Positions 1-16,897 of a stretch of DNA of 64,000 nt are shown here, piece by piece; the stretch's first letter is position 1; each line of letters begins with the position of its first letter. Location: the NCBI RefSeq assembly GCF_009914755.1, contig NC_060942.1; one strand, given 5' to 3'. This DNA comes from the human T2T-CHM13v2.0 reference genome, Homo sapiens. The notes below the pieces were generated by a model, which saw only the letters and a program-made list of their open reading frames with translations, searched no databases and was not told the origin of the DNA. A program made the position numbers and the translations under genes.

Positions 1-60
1 TGTTCAGATACTTATGAAAATTCTGGGTAATAAGCTATTATTTTTAAATAAGATAAAATA

Positions 61-275
61 ACAACAATAGTGACAGCTAGCACTTTTTGAGTGCTTATTG
101 TTTATCAGGTGCTATTTCCAAGATCTTTAAAAGTATTATCTCACAATAATGAGTTAGGTCTATTGTTAATCTAATTTTACAAATGAGAAAAAATGAGTTT
201 TAGAAGGTTAAGTATTAATATCTTCCCCCAGATCATACAAGTTGCTGATGTTGAACATGGGATTTGAATCCAGAA
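61..275 (-). mobile_element. MIR SINE
   Basis: MIR core in antisense: ttttacaaatgagaaaaaatgag...aggttaagt...cccagatcatacaag...ggatttgaatccag. Confidence 0.75.
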
Positions 276-329
276 AACTAACTACATTGTAAATGTGTTT
301 AATTGTTATATTTTTATAATTATTATATC

Positions 330-3860
<3,531 letters not shown>

Positions 3861-4229
3861 ATAATTATTATATTCTTAATATACACACATATATTAAATC
3901 CAGTGATATGTTAGGAGTCAGAGAAAATGAAAAATGTGAAAATAAGATTATATCAGAATCTATAAAACATTTTGGAGTTGGGAGAATGTGTCTGAGGCTC
4001 AAGTACACATTGTACTTCCATAGACATTTGTAAAATAATTATGACAAAGATGACAAATGGCTCTTCTGCTTGCACCGACCTCATAGGACAAATTGAACTC
4101 AACTGTGAAATGAGGGATTTGAGTAAAATACAAAGAGATGATAAAAATAGATTATATTTTTCAGTTCCTCCCAGGTGTCACCAACTGCATTAAGTTCTTT
4201 TTTATAAGTTATCATACTTAATCTTCCAC

Positions 4230-4370
4230 TTTGAGGTACATATTACTAGTCTCATTTTACAGACATAAAAACCAAGACTCAGGGAAGCTGAATACCTTCC
4301 TGTCTTCCCACCATCACACACTGTAGATCTATGACAGGAACTCATCTAATTCCAAGGCCAAAGGTCTTTC
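4230..4370 (-). mobile_element. MIR fragment
   Basis: ctcattttacagacataaaaaccaagactcagggaag core. Confidence 0.6.
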
Positions 4371-5024
4371 CATTGCTTCATCTGGGGTAGGTCAGCTGGT
4401 CTTCCAAGCTTGCAATCTATTTATAACAGGGTTTCTATCTTTAGATAGAAATATACCAATTATTCCATCTGTCCACCTGGTAAAATTATTATGAGTACCA
4501 GCAGCATCAGGACCCATGACTGAAAACACAGGGAAATACATTCGAAACACTGTAACTGTTACTTTTATTTTTTCAACAAAAACACCAAATTTCCAAGACA
4601 TCATATTTTTGAGGTGTGCCTATTTGAGGCTGGAAGATTTTCCAATGACATATGGAGTCTTTCATTCTTTGGACAAGATATTAAATTTATTTTAAAATGA
4701 TTGCTTTTCCATTTATTTTGTTTCTATTTTCCCCTGGTTTAAAAATCAGCGGGGTTTTTTTTTTTTTTTTAACACAGTGACACATACTCCAACACTTCAC
4801 CTTCCATTCCTGGGCTCCTTTCTTTCTACCAGAAGCTGTCTTCTGAATCTGAACAAATGTAGAATTTATTTCTCTATTTCTCCAGCATCAATCTGCCTTG
4901 ACATACAAAGCAAGTATTCTTTATGATACGTGAGGGAAAGAGGAGGGGAAAATAGATGGTTGTGACTACTTCTCCGTATTTATCAAAACCCACTAGAGTT
5001 TTTTGCCAGTGTGAGGATGCAGCT

Positions 5025-5262
5025 ATAGCATAGTTAATAGAGCAAGGGCTTTGAAGCTAGATAAACCTGAATGTGAATCCCAGCTCTGACATTTACAAAC
5101 TGTGTGACTTTGGGCAGATAATTCTCCAGCTTCATTTTCACAACTTAAAATGGAAGTAATAACACCTATCTTTCTGGATAATGTTGAGGATCCTAAAACA
5201 TACATGGACTGCACCTAGCATAGTGGCCGGAATATAAGAAGTCCTCAGTGAGTGCTCATCTA
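5025..5262 (+). mobile_element. MIR (MIRb-like)
   Basis: tgaatcccagctctgacatttacaaactgtgtgactttgggcag...aaaatggaagtaataacacc. Confidence 0.85.
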
Positions 5263-5334
5263 GTCATGCTGTTAGTATCCAGTTTTTAAACTAAAAGGCA
5301 CATTTGGGTCATACTAGTTATACCTGGAAATTTT

Positions 5335-5430
5335 GTAAGAAAGTACAGTTCACCCAGAGGGGCAAAATGACTTGCCCAAGGTCACACAGCCAGCTTGCAA
5401 CCGAACCAGGCCTGAAACATAAAACTTCCT
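5335..5430 (-). mobile_element. MIR fragment
   Basis: tgacttgcccaaggtcacacagc core motif. Confidence 0.7.
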
Positions 5431-8402
5431 CCTCTGCCCTATGCTCACTCCCTTTGATGCCTCTTACTCAAAGGTATTTCTAGTATTTCTAGACTTTCAA
5501 CATTTAAGAAAAAAAATTGTTTTGGTTCCTAACTCTTTACTGACACAAATATGTTTAGTTTATAATACCAATGACAGATTTTTATTTTTTCTGGCAGTAG
5601 CCATGATATCTGAGACCCATTAGGAATCTGAAATCTATTCAGATAACCTCAGAGCTCACTCTTCTTTATTCTTTCTATCATATATGAACATGCATATGGT
5701 ATTTGGAGGTAAAAAAAAAAAAGTTCTTAGGGGTTATTTTTAGCTCAACATCTCTTCCCAACCTTAAATTCTTCATGCTTTGTGTAATTAATTTATCATA
5801 AAGAGAGTAATGTCAAAAGAAATTTCCTCTGAGTATAGAAGAAGCTGAAAAATTGTTGCAAGAAGTCAGAGCAGTAGTAAGGCTATTGCTGAACATGGGT
5901 TTATTAGAAAGCAAAATAAACAGCATACTGCATGCTGACTTCATCTTCATTAAGCATTCATACTGGAAATGCTTACCTTGTCCACAGCCAAGATGTTATC
6001 CTTTGGAGAAGGAGAAGGAAAAAAAAAAGGAATTACTAAGCCAGCATACTGCAAGTGTTTCATGGTTTGGAGCAAGCAGTGTTAACGTAAAATCTTTTAA
6101 TATGTTAGCCTAAGCAATTTGGCCTCCAAACAATTGGAATCACCTTGGAGCAGGTCATAATGTTGAGGAAGGCAGCTAGAAAGGAGAATGAATTGACTTG
6201 CACTCTGCCATGCAGAGAAATGTAAATAAAGGTTGGAGAGGCCTTTATGGCAATGCCATTGTGGTTATGTGAGTCCACCTGGCCTAATATGTTAAGAGGA
6301 TTAGCACTAAAGCTGCATGAACTTTGAAATAGCCCAATGAAGCTTATGTGCTTTCCAGTTTAAATTGGTCTTCAGCAAGACCTCTCTGATAATCAGGAAT
6401 TTGGCAGCCTGAGTATTCTGCCACATCCTCTGAAGAAGGTCGAGCCCCCGGGTGTCAACACTGTAGTATCCCTTTTTATTTGAGGTAGAGATGGAGAGAG
6501 AGCCAGAAGGCAAAGGGGCAGGAATCACTATAGAGGTCACAGCGAAAGCCAAAATCTAAAATACTGCTCTTTCATGCTTACCCGAAGATCACAAGGTTTA
6601 ATCAAATTAAATTTAAAAAAAAACCCTGCTGTTGCATCCTGCTTACGGCTGGCTTAAACAGTCAAAAGAAAAGCCCTTTCTCTACCCATATAAACTAGAG
6701 GGGGCTTTTCTGGGTAATGAATAATGTTTTCTTATAGGAAAAAATGCATTATATCATGTGATTCATGTGGACAACTAGTTTGGATAAAGAATCGGAACTC
6801 ACAGTAAAATGGTTCTAAAGAAGCCCCTAAAATTATTAACTTCACACTTAGCAAAAATAGAGCTTAGCACCAACTAAAAAGGCACACTTCAGAATCTTCC
6901 CACCAGAAGTTAATCACTACACATGCTGAATAATTCCTAATGTCCTGTATATAGAGGTGTCTGAATGTGTTGAGCATCTCAATGTCCCTATGGTTATTTG
7001 ACATCTCAAAGGCATGGTTGTGGAATCAGTGTAAAACACGTACTCCCAGCAAACATAAACTAAACAAACAAAAAAAAGATTTAACTCCTTTAAGGCCTGC
7101 CCCTCCAGATGCAAATTTCATGGAGCCTTTCGCTGGGGATGCCAATGATTTTGGAATAAGTTTACATGAACTGCATCATTCAGAAAGCAGCTGGGGAATT
7201 GTGTTCCTGCAACTCTCCTGGGTCTCCTTTGAAGCTCCTGCTTCTGCTTCAAAGATATCGAATGACAGGAACCTTTCTTTGTTTCCAGAAGGGGGGAAAA
7301 TGTGAGGACTACTTAAACACTTGAGCCAGTGCTATGTCATCATCACAAGAGACACTAGCTGAGAACAGCAGTCAGCCCAGCAAAAGAAACTCTAAAGGAT
7401 CAATAAAATTTGTCAATAAAGGAGAAGGTTCCTGGATTCAGAGGTTGTTTTTTTCCCCAAAGTGGAGGATGACCCAGATCATTTAAGGATACAAACAGAG
7501 GGAAAAAAAGAAACAAATAAAAGAAAAGAAAACAAAACAAAGCAAGGGCTATTTGCTAGCTTTGCAGAATTAATCCAGAAACAACAGATTTTGTGTTTAT
7601 ATTTCCTTCTAGTCTTGTGCCACAGCCAGTGGGTTTATGCAATATCTCTGTCATGTTCTCTTTTTCCCCTTTTGTGTCCATGGTACTAAGTGCATTTATG
7701 AGAAATCCAAGAGCTGGTTTTACAAAATAGAAAATCCATTGTATAAGCAATGAAATTTTTAGCAGAAAATATATTGTATTTTTAACAAACCATGACTTCT
7801 TAGCTGAAGGAGACATAATGCAGGATCAATTGCATGGACTGAAATGCTTATGCTCATCACAGATGTATTTTCATTTATAATTACGTCATGCAAAGAGCAT
7901 TGCTGGGGCCCCATTCCAGACAGACAGGAACACCCACAGAGCCATACAATGTAGTTGCATGCTGAAGCAGTTGTTCACTCTCCTTTGGGACTTCCTTGCA
8001 AGGCTTTTTTTCAAACCAAAATCAACAAAGAGATAAAATGTGTGCAGCATTGCTCAAAGCATACTGGAAAATCTGTGCAAACGCCTCAAAATATAATTCG
8101 GGGTGGAGAGGTTATCTGAAAAATAAATGAATTGTCAACTTATTTAGCACTTGAAGTTCACCCCCACATTTTTCTGAATTGTACTTAGGAGTTCAGATCT
8201 CAAGAAAAAAGGCTGATGGACCAGGCAATTCTGAAATATCAAATCTGTCTTTTGATATCAACCCTTACTATGCTGTGTGGCTCATGATCTGACTTAAAGT
8301 GCTTAAAAGTCCTAAGACATATAGTTCTTCCCTTTTACCCAACCTTATAGCCTTGACCTAGTCCCAACACTTCCCCAAGGTCAGCCACAAGAGTATTAAC
8401 CC

Positions 8403-8958
8403 TGAGAGACTGAATATACAAATGAACAATGGCCAGACCATGTGTAAAAATAGAACTCTGACCCACAACCAGCAGCAATCTGCCCAAGAAATTAACCCTT
8501 AATCTATAATAAGCAGCCTAGGAAGCCAGTCAACTACAAATATTAGACTCATAGAAAGTCAGACTGCTATCTCTATAACAGTGCAGGAAGTCAAACAATA
8601 ACCGTTGTAACAATTGGCCAAAATGGCCAAGACTTGATTAATAACTGAGACCTCCTCTAAGCTTTGATCCTTCTACCAACTTAGAACCAACCAATGAAAG
8701 CCAAATATGCATCCCTAATCAACCACATGGTATGCCCCACTTCTAATTAGCCCACCTACAGGTTCCCCATGCCAATAGCCTCCAGTCAGAGCACACCTGA
8801 AGCCTTCCTTTTTTCCACTCTTAAAGCTTTTTTGCTTCTGGGCTGCCTTTGAGTTTCTGCCAAAACACAAGTTACAGAGGTTAACTCCCTTGTTACAGCA
8901 AGCTTGAATAAGTAGCCTTTGCTGGTTCTCTTTTGGTTGATCTTTGTTTATTTCCACA
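8403..8958 (+). mobile_element. ERV1 (MER4-group-like) solo LTR, subfamily uncertain
   Basis: TG...CA ends (tgagagactg...tttccaca), flanks accc/actc resembling a 4-bp TSD, CCAAT motifs and a poly(A)-signal-like gaataag near the 3' end. Confidence 0.75.
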
Positions 8959-9000
8959 ACTCATTGCTTCTTAAATGAGATATTTCTTAAGGTTTTCTTT

Positions 9001-9038
9001 GTGATTTCCTGATTTTCGAGTGATTTCCTGATTTTAGA
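9001..9038. repeat. 19-bp tandem duplication
   Basis: gtgatttcctgattttcga / gtgatttcctgattttaga. Confidence 0.9.
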
Positions 9039-9099
9039 GAATAATAACCATATTGTTAAGATTTATCCATTTGAAAAAGAGAGACAAAATCATATGTTT

Positions 9100-9626
9100 A
9101 GGATTCAGAGAGTGAATCAGCATCAGTCAGGAAGAGAGAGATCATGCTATATATTTAAAGGACATTGGCTATAGAGGAGTTGGAATTGTTGAGGTTGAAG
9201 GAAAGAGTGTTTAAAAAGCAAGAGAATGGTTGTTACCCTAAGATCAGGAAGCCACCACCACTCCTGGACTGGATCTTGTGGGCTCACACAAGTTGCTGTT
9301 CTGATGGAACCACACCACTCCTAAGCAGAAAAATGGGAGCTGCATTCCCACAATGACATTAGAACTCATACCCACTGGTAGCACCTCAGGTGGCTGCCAT
9401 TGCTGTGAATGCCAGAGGCTACTGCCTGAAGCATTTCAGTATGCTTTTCCCCCTTTATCTTTGCAATATCCTGCTAAGGCCTTTTATTAGAAGCCAGGAA
9501 GCATTTTATACCAGGAAACCAGCCGGCGAAGAAGGTCTGGGAGATGTAGTCTTCTGACTTCTACATCCAGTGGCAGGGAGAAGGGCCAGTGCAGAGCTGA
9601 AAAAACAGTAGACAGTATCTGGTACA
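9100..9626 (-). mobile_element. Degenerate ERVL-type LTR (LTR33-like)
   Basis: Terminal tract 'ggtctgggagatgtagtc...gagctgaaaaaacagtagacagtatctggtaca' resembles the LTR33 end; recalled similarity only. Confidence 0.45.
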
Positions 9627-10195
9627 TGTAATAAATACATTTGACCTACACTGGCTTATAAATCCAAATCAGAAGTATGTTCTGATTTATTAAACTTGCC
9701 TTTAAAATAAGATAAAGGAGTTGAGCCCATAATACTAGATTTTCATGTTCCTAGGAGGAAACAAGCAACAGAGAGATAGGCCCCATCCTCCCTACTTCTG
9801 ATGTTACAGCCTTGAGGATGGACCCAGGGTGGTGTTAGGGGTGGGAGGGCAGAGAGAAGACAGGGCCAGAGAAGGAGGAATTTTTCAAAACTTCTCAGCC
9901 CTGGTTACAGATGGGAGTTATAGGAGGATGCTATATCCACCCCGTCACATGAAGCTCTGACACCACATCCTGTTTTTGACTCACTCTAGGTCTGGAAAGC
10001 GGGAGTCTCTGTTATGACAGCCACTTATGGCACTCTCTATGATAACCATTCACAGCACATCCATCCTTTAGCAAGGACCATGCCCACAATGTGTAGTATT
10101 ATATTATAGGACTGTCAATGAAAGATGGTGGGGATAAATAATAAACAGATTTCTTCTTTATCTCGGGTTTTATGTATTTATTTTACTCAACCATT

Positions 10196-10811
<616 letters not shown>

Positions 10812-10814
10812 CAA

Positions 10815-11530
10815 CCATTATTAATTTAAGTGCTAACCATGTGCAGGCACTATTTCAGGCATAGGGAATATAGCAGAGGGGGAAAAACAACAAGTAAAAA
10901 TCCTTGACCTCAAAGAGTATACATTCTACAAGGGAGAGGAAGACAATAGTGTAAGTTAAATTGGTAAGTACCATGAAGAAAAGAGAGAGCAGGGAGTGGG
11001 GAAGGGTGGGAGGCGAAGGCAGTGCAAAGGTGAACATTGCCATTTTAGTTAGGTAAATGGGGAAGGCCTTATCAAAGAAGTAATATTTGAGAAAAGACTT
11101 AAAGAAGATGAGTTAAGAATTCATGTGAACACCAAAGATGGAACATATCAGGCAGAGGAATTACAAATTCAAAGGCCCTAAAGCAAGATATGTTTGGTGT
11201 GTTTATAAAAGAGGTCAGTGTGGCTGAAGGAGAGAAGCAGCAATGAGGTCGGAAAAGAGAATGAAGGCCACATCACAGGGGGCCCCAGAGGCCATTGTAA
11301 AGAATGTCTCTTCCTCAGAATGAGATGGAAAGGCATTGGAGGATCTAGAGCCAAAGAGGGGCGTAATCTGATTTAGGCCTTTATGGGCTCACTATGGAGA
11401 CTGTGTAAATGGATGGAGGGGTATACGTGGGGATGCAGATGGTGAGGGTAGATGCACGAAAACCATTGGAATAATCCTGGCAAGAGATGTCCCATGGTGG
11501 TGAGTAGTGGAGGTGTTGATAAGTAGTTTG
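10815..11530 (-). mobile_element. L2 (L2a-like) 3' region
   Basis: taagtgctaaccatgtgcaggcact...atttgagaaaagacttaaagaagatgag...caaaggccctaaagcaag. Confidence 0.8.
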
Positions 11531-12231
11531 TTCATATAAATAGAAAAAGGAAAGTGCTCAAGCTAGCCAGAATTATATCTGCAATACTTCACTTGAAAAC
11601 CCATTCTAAATATATCCTCTTGATGATGCTAGGTTAGCGGTATCATCTTTAGGCCTGCATATCATACAGAAATGCATATATTTGCAGTCTCTCTGCACTG
11701 CATGCTTCATTGTGGCTGCAAATATGTTGCTTTTGGATCATAATTAGTAAGACAAATGGCTAAATGCACTTCACATAGAGTACCTATCCTTTTAATTGCT
11801 TATAGTGTGGTTTCCAAGAGAGGACTCTTAACAGAAAACAATTTTGTGAATACTTACATACAGCTGAATTTTTAACACCCAGAGATGAAAATAATACATA
11901 ATAACAAAAAACTACTATAAAACCAGTAACACTTGAAAGTGCCACATTTTATAAGTACATCTGCATCTCCACTCAACTGAAAAGTAATTGTAGTTATAAG
12001 AACAAAACCAAATACTTATGATTCACTGACCACATGTAAGGCGCATAAGGTTTCACAGGTCCCATGTCATTGTCATGGAAAGAGCTTTGACATGCACGGA
12101 AAAGAGTCATGCGGCTTTGTGTGAATTCTACTAGAAGTCATTTAAATATGGAGATCAGTTGTCACCCTGACAGGAAGAGCAAGAAATGAATTCAGAATAG
12201 AAGAAAGTAATAAATTAATTAACAAAAGCTA

Positions 12232-12444
<213 letters not shown>

Positions 12445-12896
12445 ATTCAAGGAATGAGGCATCTATCTCACACTCAAGCAAGTTGGCCAAGGGGACCAAA
12501 CACCTCTTGTTAAATGTAGGGTTCTATGGATCAGTGACTATAAAAGGAGCCTTCATGTCAGCAGTTCCAGACCTTACACCCAACAAAATCTCAGGTCAAT
12601 TAGCAGCCTCCTGGAGCTAAGGAGCCAGTTTAGAATTTAATTCCTTTAATAGGCAACACCACAATTGTTTTCTTAGAGGGCAAATTTTTTAAGAAAAAAA
12701 TTAAGTACATTATACCTCTCAGTATTTACATATTTATGTTAGATTCAGAGATATACATATCAGATTAGGTATTGAAAGCACATAAGAGATTTGACATATT
12801 GGTATGTTCCAACACATAATTCTCATGATTATGATAGAAAATTTGTAATTAAGGGATTGATTTAGACTTGTGCAATTAACTTGAAATCTTATAGTG

Positions 12897-13025
12897 GGCC
12901 AGAAATGGTGGCTCATGTCCATAATCCCAGCGACTCGGGAGGTCAAGGTGGAAGGATCCCAGAGCCCAGGAGGTTGAGGCTGCAGTGAGCTGTGATTGCT
13001 CAACTGCACTTCAGCCTGGGCTGCG
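12897..13025 (+). mobile_element. Alu monomer (FRAM-like), tail missing
   Basis: ggtggctcatgtccataatcccagc...gaggctgcagtgagctgtgattg. Confidence 0.8.
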
Positions 13026-13047
13026 TATAGTATTGAAACAATTAATT

Positions 13048-13234
13048 CATTGGTCCCTAGTCCTTAGCATACATCAGAATTACCTAGGAAGCTTGCTAAA
13101 ACATAGCTTGCTAAGGCCCAATCTCCAGTTTCTTATTCAGTAGATCTGGGATGGAGCCTGATAATTTGCATTTCTAACAAATCCCAGATGATGTTAATGC
13201 TGCTGGTCCAGGAACCACACTTTGCGAACAAATG
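13048..13234. mobile_element. MER5A hAT-Charlie DNA transposon
   Basis: catcagaattacctaggaagcttgctaaaa...atttgcatttctaacaa...gctggtccaggaaccacactttg. Confidence 0.85.
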
Positions 13235-14647
13235 ATTTAAAGGATCTTAAGATTCACCTTATTCAGAAGGCAATTTATTAAACATAATAATTATTTAAGA
13301 ATTTGAGGAAGTTTGTTAAATCAGACTACTTAAAAAGGAAGTCAGTAATATTAAATTTATACATGCAGCTTAAAATATTTACAGGAGGTTAATGATTTCA
13401 GTTTGTAAATACTACCAAACATTAATCAAGGGCCCTACAAAAATTTACCAGTGTTATACATAAAATATTGAGATTTGCATGTTAAAAAAAGACCTCAGGT
13501 TTTAAGTGAATGGCTTTACTAAAGTGAATATTAATAGTTAAAATCAAAGTTACCTCTGAATAATCTTTTCAGTGCACAAAACTCACTCTTGGGAACATCA
13601 AAAATCTAACATTGACAGTAGTCACTCCATTTTCTAGGGATCCCAAGCCAGCAAATTTAAAACTGTTGGCACGAAGGGCTAGCTGAATGTTCAACCTTTC
13701 CCCAGACCATTTGATGCCTCTTCAAATGGTCTTTCTTCTGTACTCAGAGTCAGGGCTTGCTTTGAAGACAGTGGACGGAAACAGAGTCCACATCCTGATC
13801 GACTTGAGTCTGTCTGCCATAAGATGACTCTCCTGCAAATGCTCCAGGAGCTTTCCTCTCCAGCTCCCCTGCTAACTGTCATTGTCTTCATGCACAGTCA
13901 GAGGACACCACGGAAAGAAGAATGGCGTGTCAAGATCAATCTTCCTCCAGAGACACGCCTTGAAATAATGTTGAATAGCTGCGCATTTGGAAATCTTTAC
14001 TTCTGAGACCAATTATCTCTCTGCTACAATGTATTCAGCCTTCACTAGCTTGGCTTCTGTACCCAGCTGTTTTCTGTAAGGCCAGATGTATTTTGAATCA
14101 CAGATGTGATCATTTAAATTAACTAATTTTTCTATGTTTTTAAAAAGGTACATTTATTAGCCTCTGGGGAATACATTCCTTGGTTCATTTTCCATGTTAG
14201 AACTTTTGTCCTTCATTTCTCTTTTAGACCTAGAAGCACTAATACATCATAAATAAAAACACTATGAAACCTATAGCTACCCTTGAGTTCAAGGAGGAAA
14301 TAAAGTTAGTGAAGGTCCTAGCTTTTCATAGGATCCCGTACTCTATTGAGAACCCAACTCTACTGAACTCCAAATGTCAATCAATTGCTTGAGGCCAGAT
14401 CCTGCCCTACATATTCTTAGACTTTAAACCTGTTTCATTTGAGTTACCAAAGCAATTTCTTATTTTCTTGGAATCTTAGTTCTTAGATCTAATTTTAAGT
14501 GAAAATATATAGAATGCAGTCACAGAAACAAAAAAAAACTTATGCTCAATTTCTTTGACTCTCAAACTACCATAGTGTGTGCAACTAGTTTTAGACAAGA
14601 CAAATGCTTTATTTTAAAAGTCGTGTTACTGCAATAGACATGGGCTA

Positions 14648-15667
14648 TGTGGTGGGGAAGGGGCGTGATTAATATCTTCTCATCACCCATTCCAAGGTTT
14701 TTGGCTGATATTCCTCTAACGAAAGACAGGTTAATAATGGACAAGCATAACAAATGTATTTAATACATTTTATAAATTCTACACAACAGAGAGCCTTTAG
14801 AAATGAAGACCCAAAGGATTATAAATCATGCTGCTATATAGACACATGCACACATATGTTTATTGCGGCACTATTCACAATAGCAAAGACTTGGAACCAA
14901 CCCAAATGTCCAACAATGATAGGCTGGATTAAGAAAATGTGGCACATATACACCATGGAATACTATGCAGCCATAAAAAAGGATGAGTTCATGTCCTTTG
15001 TAGGGACATGGATGAAGCTGGAAACCATCATTCTCAGCAAACTATCGCAAGGACAAAAAACCAAACACCAAATGTTCTCACTCATAGGTGGGAATTGAAC
15101 AATGAGAACACATGGACACAGGAAGCGGAACATCACACACTGGGGACTGTTGTGGGGTGGGGGGAGGGGGGAGGGATAGCATTAGGAGATATACCTAATG
15201 CTAAATGACGAGTTAATGGGTGCAGCACACCAACATGGCACATGTATACATATGTAACAAACCTGCACGTTGTGCACATGTACCCTAAAACTTAAAGTAT
15301 AATAATAATAAAATAAAAAAAAGAAGAAATGAAGACCCAAAGACCCAGAGACAACTGTATATTTTTATGCTTAGATCTGATGAGAAATAGAGGATCACGT
15401 AAAATATATATTTGGGCAAAAAAGGGCATAACTTAATGGTAATAAACTGGGGGGCTTGTTTGTTCAGATTCTTCTCTGTGCCTCCCTCGTCATTGCTTTC
15501 CAATAGGTAAAGCGCAAGACACCTGTCACATGAGGATCTCTAAGAGAGAGGAGGGAGGAGAAGGTCAGAGACCTTCTGCTTCTGCAGTTTTCTCAGTTTC
15601 CTTTGGCTTAAAGTACTCAGTATGCCAAGGTGTCAGATATTGAGGTATCATATTCTGATCGCCAACA
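14648..15667 (-). mobile_element. MER39/MER34-family ERV1 solo LTR, split by an L1 fragment
   Basis: End 'aagtactcagtatgccaagg...gaggtatcatattctgatcgccaaca' is the reverse of the MER39-type 5' end; TG/CA termini; flanks gcta/acta. Confidence 0.75.
14817..15324 (+). mobile_element. 5'-truncated L1PA3/L1PA4 (ORF2 C-terminus, 3'UTR, poly(A))
   Basis: Translates ...[11 protein letters not shown]...LIGGN; perfect 18-bp TSD agaaatgaagacccaaag at 14799-14816 and 15325-15342. Confidence 0.95.
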
Positions 15668-16563
15668 ACTAGAAAAATGCAAATTCTGGCTTTGCCCCAC
15701 CTAAGGCTGTTTTCTCATTAAAAAAACAAAAAAGGAAAATAATATCCACTTTTAATTTAAAGTGTGTCTAGCACATAGAAGGGGCCGAATAAATGTTAAT
15801 TATGATTTTTTAACCTAAAGGCCTATTAATCAATAAATGGCTAATCTCTTTGATGAAATTATATATGGCCATTAAAAATTGGGTTTTTAAAAACTATGCA
15901 ATTTATATTTAAAACAGAAAACTATTAAATTATAAATAATATAATTAAACTATTTTCTAAAAATTGAATATAGAGGACAAAGCAAAAATCTACAACATTA
16001 CTAGTAAATTGTTGTAGAACTGTGACCTTTTAAAAATTATCCTTTCTATCTTTCTATACTCAGAGATATCTTAATTTAATCAGCAGAGGCCAAATGAACA
16101 AATTCAACAAATAGAAATTTTAAAATTGTGAATGAGACTGCATTGGCGTACTGAAATGTACAAGGAAAGACTATTGCAGAGTTGCTACTGTTATGGTTAC
16201 ACCCCTTGTACCTTACACCCCCACACCCATCATGTTATTTTAAAAACATCAAAATCATTGCTTCTCTTCCGGCTGTTTTTTGTTTATGTTCAAAACACCT
16301 TTAAAGTAGATTGGATGGTTATTACTTCTCTTCATTAAACAGGTGAGAAAGATACTGGGAATTGGTTCACCCAGCGTCTTATTTTTGCAGTTGTTACAGA
16401 TGTCGGCAACCTAGTGGACTGTGATTATTGGTCACCGTTTGCCCTAGATAAACCCTCAGTGACTAGCTGTGTGCGAGAAGCCAGTCACACAGCTTTCTGC
16501 TGCATATCCCCACCTACAAAATGAGAATGGGGACATCTGCCCTCCCACCTCATTGGCTGATAG

Positions 16564-16897
<334 letters not shown>

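Noticed and set aside
13924-13959. GGCGTGTC...GACACGCC stem as a pre-miRNA
   Set aside because: Only 8 bp plus a short inner stem with a large asymmetric bulge; too short for a Drosha substrate
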